This document shows positions 1 through 11,460 of a stretch of DNA of 64,000 nucleotides, piece by piece. A program made the translations under genes and the position numbers. Every line of letters begins with the position of its first letter. Position 1 is the first letter of the stretch. The notes under the pieces were generated by a model. It saw only the letters and a program-made list of their open reading frames with translations. It did no database searches and was not told the DNA's origin. Source of the DNA: Guillardia theta CCMP2712 (taxonomy: Eukaryota > Protista > Cryptophyta); assembly GCF_000315625.1 (NCBI RefSeq), contig NW_005434658.1, positions 339,139 through 403,138 of the forward strand, read 5' to 3'.

Positions 1-112
1 ACAATTGAGTAAATTAGACAATCGAGCCACAAACTCATTCAGACATGTAGGCAGGCGGGCGGGCGAGAAGGCAGACGCAGCCAAGGGCGGTAGTTCATTC
101 AATAACTGACCG

Positions 113-276
113 GATCCAGCCTTGGCGAGAGTCTTCTTGACCTTTCCATCCGAGCTTTCTCCTCCTCCTCCTCCTCCTCCTCCTCCGATACATCCGCAAC
201 CCATCAGCACCACAATCACGATCCCTGCCAGCATCGCCAGCACCGGCGCGAGCGACATCAGCCCCTCCTGCTCCAT
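113..276 (-). CDS. First exon of an N-terminally membrane-anchored protein; gene runs off the left edge
   Basis: Minus strand from ATG 276 reads MEQEGLMSLAPVLAMLAGIVIVVLMGCGCIGGGGG...KVKKTLAKAGS, then a GTCAGT donor; hydrophobic anchor. Confidence 0.55.
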
Positions 277-914
277 TGCGCCCCTCCTTTCCCGCCACTA
301 CCCCTACCCCTCTACAACACCATTCACATTCATTTCAAATTTTACCCCCAAATACAGAACATTGTTTTTGAAAATTTCAAAATAAAAGATGAAAAATAAT
401 TGTTACTCCAAATGTTTAGACCTGCTACCCCTGCACCCCCACCTCCTCTGCAACAGAGGTCCAATTCTGGGTCCATGATTAGTTCCCCCGGCTCCCAGCC
501 TGACAACATCCTGCGATGTTTTTCTTCTTCTTTTTTTCTTTTACAGTTTGATCACGACCCCCACAAAAGATTCCAGTAGAGGTGTTACCTGGTTACCCCC
601 GAAAAAAAAATGTTTTTTTACTCCAGTACTAACATGTTACACTTGAGTAATATAAAACTGGGGGGAAGGAGCCGAGGTAGGCAGGTAGGAGGAGGGGAAG
701 CAGGAAAGTAAGGCGAAGTGTGCGGGAGTTCTCATCGAGGAGGATCTGAGCAGTACTTTCATCCCTTATCCTTCCCTGCTCTGTGTTGTTTGCCGCCCTC
801 GCAGTAGGCGGTGAGCTCTAGCTTCTCGAGGGCCTGGGGTATGCCTTGAAGCATCTCAGTTCAGTGCCAACAACTGCCCTGCAGGGTTCTGGTGGAGGAG
901 AGCCTCACATCGCA

Positions 915-1952
915 ATGCACCGTCTCAGAGGAAAGCGCTCAGCGGTCAGGGGAGATGTGGCCATGGCTACTCCGCAAGAACTCTTGACACATGACAGCGA
1001 CAGGCAGAGGTTTCACAATATCCTACATGACCTCAGAAATCCAAGGCTGCGCATACACAACCCCACAACCAAACAGCTGCTCAGAGTCCCTGCCGAGTAC
1101 GTGGTAGACCGGACCATGGGCATGTACTCCAACGTAAACCTCATGGCAGCTCTCATCCTCTCGGGAGTCACCAGTGTCTCGCTGACTCCGGTAGACGTCT
1201 CGAGCATCAGTGCAGACAAGAGGACGCTTGCCAACTGCTTCAACCTGCTGGCCGAGCTGTGCATGACGATCAACGCTCTCAACGTGATGTTCACCACCTA
1301 CATCCTGCTGGCTATCGCTGCGGAGATGCCCTCTACCATCTACACCTTCCTGAGCAAGTCCGAAGGCTTGACCTTCATTTACTTCTTTGCGACGTTCCTC
1401 AGTGGAATTCTGATCTTGGTGCTGGGTGTGCTGGCACAATGGCTGCACGGAGATGCCTGGGCGGCCTGGACGGCAACGATTGCGACGGGAACCATCTTCT
1501 TGACGAGTGCAGTACACTATGGATACTTGATGAGCGTTCTCATGCCGATCCAGTACAGTGGGTGGGGTTTTTTCGCTTCGCTCAACCTCTTCTGGGGGAA
1601 GGAGGCGAAGGCAGAAGCAGCACGACAGGGCAGAATCATCGCGTCCGAGGCCGAGAGCCACCTTCCCCTGGAGAGAGAGTACCGGGAAGGGGTAAGGGAC
1701 GAGAAGCTCGATGAAGTCGTCGCAGATCTCACCAAGCTGCTGCATCGAGCTCTGCCGGAAGCAGCGGAGGAGAGAATCAGCCACATCTCCCAGCAGATGG
1801 CGAACGAGGGGCTGGTAGTTGGGGTGCTTGCGAATGCTGCGCGCAAGGACGCGAAGCTGATCTATCAGGTGCTGGGAGGAGATGACGTGAACTTCGAGCT
1901 GCGGCGCGGGGAGCGGCTGGCAGTGATCAACGAGTTGTTAGAGCACGAGTAA
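915..1952 (+). CDS. Intronless four-TM Orai/PGG-like membrane protein with possible SAM-like C-terminus
   Basis: 368-aa ORF (ATG 915 or 963); four hydrophobic helices; TM2 FNLLAELCMTINALNVMFTTYILLAI and TM4 GTIFLTSAVHY resemble Orai helices. Confidence 0.75.
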   Translation: MHRLRGKRSAVRGDVAMATPQELLTHDSDRQRFHNILHDLRNPRLRIHNPTTKQLLRVPAEYVVDRTMGMYSNVNLMAALILSGVTSVSLTPVDVSSISADKRTLANCFNLLAELCMTINALNVMFTTYILLAIAAEMPSTIYTFLSKSEGLTFIYFFATFLSGILILVLGVLAQWLHGDAWAAWTATIATGTIFLTSAVHYGYLMSVLMPIQYSGWGFFASLNLFWGKEAKAEAARQGRIIASEAESHLPLEREYREGVRDEKLDEVVADLTKLLHRALPEAAEERISHISQQMANEGLVVGVLANAARKDAKLIYQVLGGDDVNFELRRGERLAVINELLEHE

Positions 1953-2600
1953 CGAGGGAAGAGAAGGAGGCTATGGTACAAAAGAGTCGACCAGGTCCCT
2001 CTGAGATGTTTAGCAGATTTTTGGGCACAGTAAGGTGCAGCAGAGAACGTTTTTGTAGAAACACTGATGAAACTATCATCATAATGACACACTTATGAAG
2101 CTATCCATCTTCCAGACTTCTTCCCTCCTCCCCTCCCCGCGTTACAGCGCGTCTCCTCCTTCGCCCAGTTCGCCCGATTGTCGCGTCTCTTTTACGTAAA
2201 GCGTAATCGGAATAATAAGAGGTGGTGGGGGTGGTGAACTGCAGGGTCAGTGTGGGATAACTGATATTGAAAATGTAAGAATATACAGGGTGGGGTAGAA
2301 AAGGAGGGGTATATGCTCCCCGACCATGTTATAGGGAGCTCGTAGTTAGCCATGCGAGGGAGAGCGCTGCTACTGGTCCGCCCTGACAGGCTGGGTGGGA
2401 GGGTGACAGGAAGGATGATGAAGGTGAGAGCGAAGGGGACGCTACCCTTGCCCGCCATGGAGAACACGAGAGCGAGGACGAGGAGTCAGGTACTTGAGCT
2501 GTTTCATCATGAGGGGATATTGCCTGGTGGCACCATCCCACGCACGAGACCCCATGAGGGGCATGCAGCAGCCTGGGTGAAGAGGCCAGCCTCTCCGCAC

Positions 2601-5493
2601 ATGAGCAGCATGACAGCGGGTGTTAGATCATGGCCGCAGGCCCAGAGGGCAGCTCCTTCCTCACGACGAGCAAGCTCCGCTAGGAGGGAGACTGCAGACA
2701 TCGTCATCGTAGGCGCAGGTCCTGTCGGGGTGTATTCGGCGATCCTGCTCTCGAGGTTCGGGCTTCCCTGCGTTGTAGTGGACAAGGGAGATGGCGTGTA
2801 TGACCTGGAGAAGAGCATGGAGATGCACCCGCGCGCTCACGTGCTCAACGTACGGAGCATGGAGCTGTTAGACGAGGTGGGGTTGTACGAGCCCCTGGAG
2901 AAGGAGATGCCGCCGCTGGATCAGTGGAAGTACTTTCGATACACGACCTCCCTGATAGGAACTGAGTTCGGGGTGATCGATCACTGCGACGATGGGGATG
3001 GCGCCTACTCGAACCTCAGGGGCAGCAGCCACGTGTTCGCGTGCCACATTGCTCAGCCGAAGCTCGAGTACCACCTGTGGAAGCTTGCTAGGCAGAGCCA
3101 GGGCATTCGGTTCCTTACACAACACGAGATGACGGACATCGGCAAGGACGGGGACGACCTGGTCGTCAAGCTCTGCCCCCATCCGCCCCCATCTGACGCC
3201 GCAGCAGCAGGGGGGGCGGTGGATATCACCTGCAAGTACTTGATCGCAGCTGATGGCTCGAGAAGCAAAGTGCGGGAGGTCTGCAACATCGGGCTGGAGG
3301 GGAAGCGCGGGATCGAGAGCTTCGTCAGCATCCACTTCAAGTGCCCCGAGCTGGCAGGCAGGCTCCAGGGCAAGTTCGCGATGCTCTACTTCGTGTTCAA
3401 CCCCAAGGCAAGCGAGCGAGGGGCTCGAGGAGGGCGAGGAGGCTGAGTGAGTGCATACAGGTCATAGCGTGCATTGTTGCCCACGATATCAACCAGGGGG
3501 AGTGGGTGGCGCAGGTTTCGGGTGTTGGGACCGTGACCAGTGTATGACGTCTTTGGGTGAAGGTGCCGTACTTCCCCCCAGCGCAGGATGGGATCCTGCG
3601 AGCAGAGGAATGCCATGAGCTGATCGCAGCGATCATCGGCGCACAGCCGACGGGGGATGTCAGGGAAGGTGGGGAGGAGGGTTCCAACGTCTCGAGTGGA
3701 ATCGCCGAGGACGGGCGGCCTATCTCTTGGAAGCTCTGCAGGTTAACTTGAAACCTCCCCAGCTGCCCTCCAGCTGACGTCCAGCAGTTGGAGGCCATGG
3801 TCGATGGATGCCATGATCGCCTCCAAGTACTCCGTGGACGGGAGGATCTTCCTCGTGGGCGATGCTGCGCATCAGTTCCCCCCGTCAGGAGGGTTCGGGC
3901 TCAACTGCGGCCTTCAGGTCCCCAGGCTGCTGCTGCCTCCGAGGCCCGGGGTGACCGTTCGCAGGATGCGCACAACCTTGCCTGGAAGCTAGCAGCCGTC
4001 CTCAGGTGCTCCAAGAGCGCCTCCGTCCTGGATTCGTACCAGGTTGAGAGGAAGCCAGTGGCACGAGACACTGCAGTGAGTGAACTTGCTGCGCTGCTCG
4101 GGCCCTGGTCCTGAGGCTCCTGCCATGCAGATGCTGAGCATCGAGAATCACGCGAGGGGGCTCCTGGTTCCTTCAGCGGTCAAGACGACGATGCTCTCTA
4201 GCTCGAAGCTGGCATGATGGTGTGTTTCAGGTTGGGTTGGACAGGGACATGTTGAGCTCCATGACGCAAGGCTTGCCTGCTAGTCTGCTGCAATCTTTCT
4301 CTACCTCAGCCAAGTCGCTGGTCCGAGAGCCTCTTCCATGCCCAGTCACACCCTGACATGCAGACACAGTCACAAAGCCTCCTACAAGTCGCTCAGAGCC
4401 CGCTGTCGCTCATCCAGTCATTCTCCAAGGTGGCGCATCATTCTGCGGACTTCCTCCTCTATCCTGATCTCGTTGCCGCAGGACCCGACCTCCCCTCCAG
4501 CCTCCTCGCACAACCTTGAGAAGATGTTGAAGATTTTGCTCGGAACCCCCATGGCCAGGGCGATGCAACGAACGGTAACTTCGAGTTGGACGGCGAGCCT
4601 TGAGAGCTCATCTCCCATCCCTTTCTCTGCTCCTCTTCCCGCCAGGTGATCGAGCGGAAATCCATCCCTCTTCTCTTCCCGGAGCACGATCTGGGCGCGA
4701 AGTATCCTCTGAACGAGGTCGTTCGGTGCGGAGCGACGGAGAGCACAGGGACGGGCGACTCCACCTCTCCCTCCTTGGGGCCCATTGGCAAGAGCTCTCT
4801 CCCAGCAGGCACCAGGCTCTACAAGCCTAGCGGGAAGCCCGGTTCCAGGCTGCCGCACAAATTTCTCCGAAGGTATCTGGTACCTCTGCCAGCAAGACGG
4901 TTGATGAGTCTCCGACAGGGTTAAGGACGGGAGGGTCGCCTCGAGCAGCAGCTGGGTGTCGGAGCATGCCGTACGATTGCGACTCTCTCCTCTCCTCGCT
5001 CAGAGGCCGCAGGTGTCTCCGAGTGTCCATGCTCCTCAGTTTGTTCTCTTCCTCGTGGGATCAACCAAGTCGATTCAGTGCTGGGTTGACAGGTGACCTG
5101 CGCCCCTTCTCCCCCACGACTTTGAGTGACTGCTGGACCTGTCAGTCTCGGTGCGTCAGACTTCCTGAGTGTCAACCTGGGGAAGCTGGCCCTGGGGAAG
5201 CGAGCTGCAGTAGCTTCGACGATGGAGGCTTGCATTATTGGGGTGACAGGTGAAGAAAGTCCGTCGGGAATGTGAGCAAAGGGAAGGGAAGGGATGAGTA
5301 TGACACAGTTTGCAGGAGCGCGTGCGAGCTCATGGTCGACGAGTCACGAGGAGAGTTCAGAGAGGTTCTTGGCATGCAGCAAGAGGGAGCCGTGCTCGTA
5401 CGACCCGATGGCTACATTGCGTGGAGATTCGTCGGTTCTGCTCTGGACTTGAAAGAAGCAGAGCTGAGATATCTTGCTTCTGTTCTCACTTGA
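2601..5493 (+). CDS. FAD-dependent aromatic monooxygenase (FAD_binding_3, PheA/TfdB-like), multi-exon; start uncertain
   Basis: Motifs IVIVGAGPVG, HPRAHVLN, AADGSRS, GDAAHQFPPSGGFGLNCGLQ/DAHNLAWKL, YQVERKP and LVRPDGYIAWR spread across short-intron exons. Confidence 0.92.
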
Positions 5494-5821
5494 GCAATGC
5501 TACGCACTTTTTGTTGACCAACCCTTATGTAGTCAAGATACGTGATGAAGCAGAGAGTTTTCTCAGTAAAAGAATTCACGAACAATCTCTGATCCCGTGT
5601 GGAATGAAATTTTCCTTCATTTTCCTTCTCAACTGATATCTTCTTTCCTTCACTCCCTCCCTCCCTCCCTCCCTCCCTCCCTCCTTCCCTCCCTCCCTCC
5701 CTCCCTCCTCTCGTCGCCTGCATAGTCATCCACATGCTTGGTCCCCGGCACCTCGGCCATTCACCCCGACAAAGCCTTCTTTGCATTTCATCATATACTC
5801 TCAGATCTGTCAGTGAATGAA

Positions 5822-5894
5822 GCCCTTCTAGCTCAGTCGGCAGAGCGCACGGCTTTTAACCGTGTGGTCGCGGGTTCGAGCCCCGCGAAGGGTG
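5822..5894 (+). tRNA. tRNA-Lys (anticodon UUU)
   Basis: Acceptor GCCCTTC/GAAGGGT, D-arm GCTCAGTCGGCAGAGC, anticodon arm CACGG-CTTTTAA-CCGTG, T-arm GCGGGTTCGAGCCCCGC; 73 nt, no intron. Confidence 0.97.
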
Positions 5895-5898
5895 GGAA

Positions 5899-5908
5899 TT
5901 TTTTTTTT
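5899..5908 (+). terminator. RNA polymerase III poly-T terminator
   Basis: Run of ~10 T immediately 3' of the tRNA. Confidence 0.85.
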
Positions 5909-6720
5909 GACGCAGATCGGCATGCCGAGTCGTTTTTGTGCGGCCGGGCCGCCTACCAGCAAGTTACGACCCCGGGCCACCACTTCCCGGACTCAATAAT
6001 GAAATGCTGAGTCACTAGTACTGAGCAGATCGCACGTGACCGTCCGGGACTCGGGAGATCTGATCTAGTAAGTCTGCAGTGATGCCTGGCAACTTGCGGC
6101 CGCGAAGGACTACTGAGCCATGCTGGCATTGGCCCCGGCCTAAGTAAGCCTTTACCGTTACACTGCAGTGGGAGCCTGAGCCGCCCACGGCTGAGGCAAG
6201 AGTGGAGGAAGGGCCTGGCAACCGGGGCAGGGCAAAGTGCCTCCGACGAGTCAGATGTCGGAAGCGGTCAATACAGTCGCAAAACTTCACAGTGATTACA
6301 GTTACCGTGACTGCAACTTGAACCGTGCCGAAACGCTTGTGAGCATCAGGGGCCTCGGAGATCAATTGAACTGGCAAGACTTCACGTCTGGAGTACGGTA
6401 CTGAGTCATGGCTAGTACTTCCAGGCGGCCGCTGATCATCCGGCGTCACTGGCTCAGTCACTGGCACGCCGCGCCTCGTAAACCATCGGGCCTGCTCTCA
6501 GAGGTCCGGCGGAACACGAATCATTTCAACGATCGGCGTCCTTGACAATTGAGTCCGGTCGCTGAGCACGCATTCAAGCGTGAAACTTGAGGAGCCGGGC
6601 CGCCCCGGCCGAGCCTCGGAGACGAGTGGTAAGGGCCGGGCCGGGCCGGGCCCGCCCTAGTGAAGACATAATAATGGGCGGTATGAGGGTTGTCAGTTAT
6701 GGCCGATTGGAAAGGAGAAG

Positions 6721-6800
6721 AAGGAGAGGAAGAGACAAGGAGAGGAAGAGACAAGGAGAGGAAGAGACAAGGAGAGGAAGAGACAAGGAGAGGAAGAGAC
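6721..6800. repeat. 16-bp minisatellite, 5 copies (AAGGAGAGGAAGAGAC)
   Basis: Five perfect head-to-tail copies. Confidence 0.95.
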
Positions 6801-6896
6801 GGAGGGGTTGAGTGTGATTTCTTTGAGGCAGGGAATCTGCTGAAGGCGCTAGGAAGCAAGGATATGTCTGCGTGTCAGATGGTGGGAGGCTGAAGC

Positions 6897-9804
6897 ATGC
6901 TCGCTCCTCGCCCTGCTCTCTTCCTGCTGGCAACTTGCCACCTCCTGGCATCATCAGGAGTCATTGGTATAGTGCAGCTGCCCCTGTCATCGCCTGGGTA
7001 AGGATGAATCACCGCAGGCACTTGGAATAACATTCCAATATAACATTGCAATGGCAGGCAGGCAGGTTTTCCTGGTGTGCTGAATGGGCCAGGGAAGACG
7101 GTCTGTTACAACTTCAGCTTGACAGACAGTCAAGTCCGCGAGGTCGTATGGTGGACAAGCCCGCGCGTCGCGTTCTACTTGGAGCCATGCGCCGGCAAGC
7201 CGCACATGAAGATCTCAGTCTACGGTTGTCCTTCACAAGGAGGTTGACAGTTGCATCATCATCGAGGATTGTCGCTGACGTTTTACTTCCTCCTCCTCCT
7301 CCTCCTCCTCCTCCTCCTCCTCCTCGCCCTGTTTGTTCTACTGTTCCTCCTGCTGCTCCTCCTTCCGTTGCTGCTCAATCTCAAACAACGGGAAATAACT
7401 ACCGCTTTGCAGGAACGTTGAAACGGAAAGTACCGATCGTATGGTGGTCGGAAGCAAGAAACTCGATGATATAAACATTTTGGAAAGAACCATCCTTAAC
7501 GTAGAAATTGCGAGCGAGGTATGATACGAGACCACATAACGCAAGATGTCACGGTCTAGATAGCAGGGAAGGTAAGAGTGAGCAGATCTAAAACCTTCAC
7601 TGCCCCAGCTGCTTCAACGAGCCTCCTCCTCTTCTCCAGTCTTGTCGTCCCGTCTCCTGAAGATTCTTCTGCTCCCCGAAGCTCTCGTCTCCGCCCTGGT
7701 CTCTGACCTTCTCCTCTACTTTCCCTCCTACCTTTCTCCTCCCCTCCCCCCTCTCGTCTTCACTCATCACTCCACTCTCNNNNNNNNNNNNNNNNNNNNN
7801 NNNNNNNNNNNNNNNNNNNNNNNNNNNNNNNNNNNNNNNNNNNNNNNNNNNNNNNNNNNNNNNNNNNNNNNNNNNNNNNTCGGCTGGCAGTTTGGAGTGG
7901 GAACCTCATTCCTCCTCCTCCTCCTCATCCTCATCCAAGATTCCGCAGCATGTGTCAGGAGTCGGTAGACAAGAGGGGGAGGAGGGGAGTAGTAGATGGA
8001 AGACGTGGTGTTATTGGTCGCGGTGGTGGAGGTGGAGGTGGAGGAGGGGAAGGGGGAGGGGGAGGGGGAGGGGGAGGGGGAAGGAAGATTGCATACGGGG
8101 GTTTGAACTGGACATCAGGGCAAGCCTGTTCCTCCATCATGGGAGTGGGTGGGAGACGTCGAGTCTCTGGTCCTGGAACTCACGCACAAGACTTACTTCG
8201 TGGAGGTGAGGGAGGAGGGAGGACTGGAGGTGACGGGAGAGGGAAAGGGTGGACCAGGAAAACTGAGAGAGAAGAACAGAGAGGAGTGAATGGGAAGATG
8301 ATGGGGAGTAAGCTGGTGAAGGAGGGTAGAAATAGCTGAAGGAGGAGGAAGGGATGGGTTGGCCAGGTGAAGAGGCAGGGAGGCAGGGAGGCAGGGAGGC
8401 AGGGAGGCAGGGAGGCAGGGAGGCAGGGAGGCAGGCAGGGAGGGAGGCAGGGAGGGAGGGAGGGAGGAGGCCCTTCCGCATTCAGCGCGTAACGTGGAAT
8501 CAGATCTCTCATTTCTCTGAGCCATACCCTTCGCTGGATGGCCTCAATACCTACGCAAGCTTCCATCTGCAAGCTCAGGTAAGGAGCCCGTCCCTGCCTA
8601 TCCCCCCAACCCTCAAGATCCTCCTCCTACCCTCTCCTCCTCCTCCTCCTCCTCCTCCTCCTCCACCACCACCACCACCACCACCTCCTCCTCCTCCTCA
8701 ATCTCCTCCTCCTCCCTCCGATCCCTCCTCTTCCCCTACTCTCCTTCCCCTTTCCTCAACATTTATTCTTTCTTCCCCCCTCCCTGACACCGACAGCTTC
8801 TCTCCTCGGGGTCTTCCTTACGATCGTTCTGTAAAGATCTTCGACGTGTCAGTGATGCCCCTCGAGGCTCTGAACCCTCTCGAAAATTTCTGCGGATGGG
8901 ACAGAACTGTAACTTCTCTCCCTCCTCCTCTTCTCTCTCTCTCTCCCTCCTCTCTTCTTCCCCTCTCTCCCTCCTCTCTTCTTCCTCTCTCCCTCCTCTC
9001 TTCTTCCTCTCTCCCTCCTCTCTTCTTCCCCTCTCTCTCCTTCCCTCTCCTTCGTCGTCTCCTGCCAGCAGTCGAGCTCATCCTCCTCTCTTCAGATCTA
9101 CAGCGTTCCGAGGACAACACTGCAGGACAGAATCTTAGGGTGAGATTTTTTCTTGAGAGAGGAGAAAGGAGAGGGGGAGATGGGGTAGGAGGTGCTAATG
9201 ACGGTAGAGCGCGAGGAGGAGCAAGGGCAGGAGCAGGAGCAGGAGCTCGAGCTACTCGAGCAGGAGCAGGTGGTGAAGGTGGTGGTGACGATGACGGATT
9301 CCTTGCAGTGGGCTGCGAGTTGCTTTGCAAGTCAACGACACGAAGTCAGAAATCCGCTGGTATCCTCCCGGAAAGGTACGTCTCCTTCTCCTCCTCCTCC
9401 TCCTCCTCCTCCTCCTCCTCCTCTTTGTTTCCCTTGACTCTCTGCTGCGCTGCAGGGAGGAGTGAAAGCGACCAGCTGTCCTTGGGAAGTGAATGTCAGT
9501 GAAAATTTCTCTTATCAGGTGGAGAGACAGGAGGGAGGAGGAAGGAAGAAACCTGGAAGAGGAGTTAACCAGGAAGGGGAGCGACAGGAAGGGGAGTTAA
9601 CCAGGAAGGGGAGGACAAAGAGAGTGGTCATGGGGCTGGTTGTAGGAAAGGAAGATGAGAGGAAAGGGGTGGGACTGGAACAGACAATGAAATATGCTGT
9701 TTAAGATTTATATCAAAGACATCACTGATTTCGTGGGGACCTCTGGTGTTGAGTACAACATTGGCAAGGTAATTTCGGTTACGATACCCTCTCTTTCTAC
9801 TGAT

Positions 9805-9837
<33 letters not shown>

Positions 9838-10836
9838 AATCACTCTCCTTCAGGCCAAGGGGGTCGTCAATCCTTCCGCCTATCCTCCAGGAGCTTTTGC
9901 TGACGTCCTCAAGCCCACTCTCTGCCCTACAGTCCAGCCCAATGGGTAAACTCTCCTCGACGCTTCTGGTTGAGCTGACAAGGAGCGTCGATGAGCAGGC
10001 AGGGGCCCTGTACTTCCTATGACTGTCGCAGCTGCCCGACGTCCTACCCGCGATGCCCGAAGCAGTTCCTTTCCAACTGCACAGAGATCGCTGCCAGCGT
10101 CCTGAAGCTCAAGGAGGCTCTCAACGGGACAGAGCGGTTGCTGTGCTGAACCTGCACCTCATCCTCCATGACGCTGACGGCAGTCCGATCGATTCCTACC
10201 TCAAGGACCCGACCAACTTCACAATGTGGACGTCATGTGGCCTCTACACCACAGCCAATCGGTTTGGACGGACAAGAAGGTGATGATGCAGAAAAGTGGG
10301 TTGACCCAGGGAAGAAGATAGAGAAAGGGGCAGGCGCAAGAGCAGGCGCAAGAGCGGGAGCGGGAGCAGGAGCGGGAGCAGGAGCGGGATCAGGAGCAGG
10401 AGCAGGAGCAGGAGCAACCACGTTTGGAACAGCGGGACAGCATCGATGGTTGAGTGTGGGTCTGGTGATGACTTGGCTGTCAGGGTGGAGACGAGGCCCC
10501 TCGTGCAGGATGGGGGATGGCTCGCCCTCAAGAACTCATTCAACACCAGCGGGCCCGACGGCGTCTGGTGGACAAGCAAGGAGCTGAACCAGGTGAGGGA
10601 ACATGGGCAGGAGGAGATTGGAGGAGCAGGGAACAGGAGGAGCGGGGGGAGCAGGGGGTGAGGGCGTGAAAGGCAAGGGGGAGGGAGTGGAATAGCGCAT
10701 GCAAGGAAGGAGGCTCATGTCAGGTTGGCAGGACCCTGTGACCGGCATGCTCTCCTTCGATATGCTGGGACTATCCGAAGATCGAAACAATGTAATACCT
10801 GCTCCCGCTCCCGCTCCCGCTCCCGCTCCCGCTCCC

Positions 10837-10873
<37 letters not shown>

Positions 10874-11300
10874 AACCCGGACAGGTCTATATGATCAACA
10901 TCGTGGTGCGGGACGAGGGGACCAATCAGACAGCAGCGTACCATCTCATCACCATCCAGGTGAGCTGACGACGTGTGTGTGTCCTACCCTACTGCTCCTC
11001 ATCCTCTTCCTCTTCCCTTCTCCTGATTCCCCCTCGCACCTTTTACTCTCTTGACCGCCATCTTTCCTCACTCGGTGGTAGATGGAGACGGCAACTTATG
11101 CTCCGCCCAAGCTGACTGACACAGCCAAGAACGTTCTCGTCGGGTTGACAACCTGTAAGGAGAGGGGAGGGGGGGGAAGGACAAGTTGACCATAGCGAGC
11201 AGGCATCGGGGTCCTGATCGCTCTCTTCGCCTCCCTTGCCTTCTTCGCGCATCGCAAGCGGATGGAGAAGAGATCAGTTCGCAAGAGACAGAAGAAGTGA
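6897..11300 (+). CDS. Type-I membrane protein with NDNF/Nord-like FN3 modules, multi-exon, spans an N gap
   Basis: Signal peptide MLAPRPALFLLATCHLLASSG; exon peptides FYLEPCAGKPHMKISV, PLENFCGW, FTMWTSCGLY, VYMINIVVRDEGTNQTAAY; TM GIGVLIALFASLAFFA plus basic tail; TGA 11298-11300. Confidence 0.65.
7780..7879. other. Assembly gap (100 N)
   Basis: N run beside a polypyrimidine tract. Confidence 0.99.
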
Positions 11301-11460
11301 AGGAAGAAGTGGTGAAGGAGGGAGGGATGAGGCGGGTGAAGCAGCACAGATTGTACATTAGCATGTCAAGGAAACAACGAAGTCGATACATTTGATTTGT
11401 TCTTCTCGTGCCAATCTCATCAGCAGCCTCTGCATTGCACACGAACTTGTCCAGTACGCC

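Noticed and set aside
6721-6800. Regular direct repeats as a CRISPR array
   Set aside because: Head-to-tail 16-mers with no spacers, no cas genes, eukaryotic context
8354-9502. 382-aa Pro/Ser/Gly-rich ORF as a standalone gene
   Set aside because: Read-through of short exons and stop-free microsatellite introns of the 6897-11300 gene
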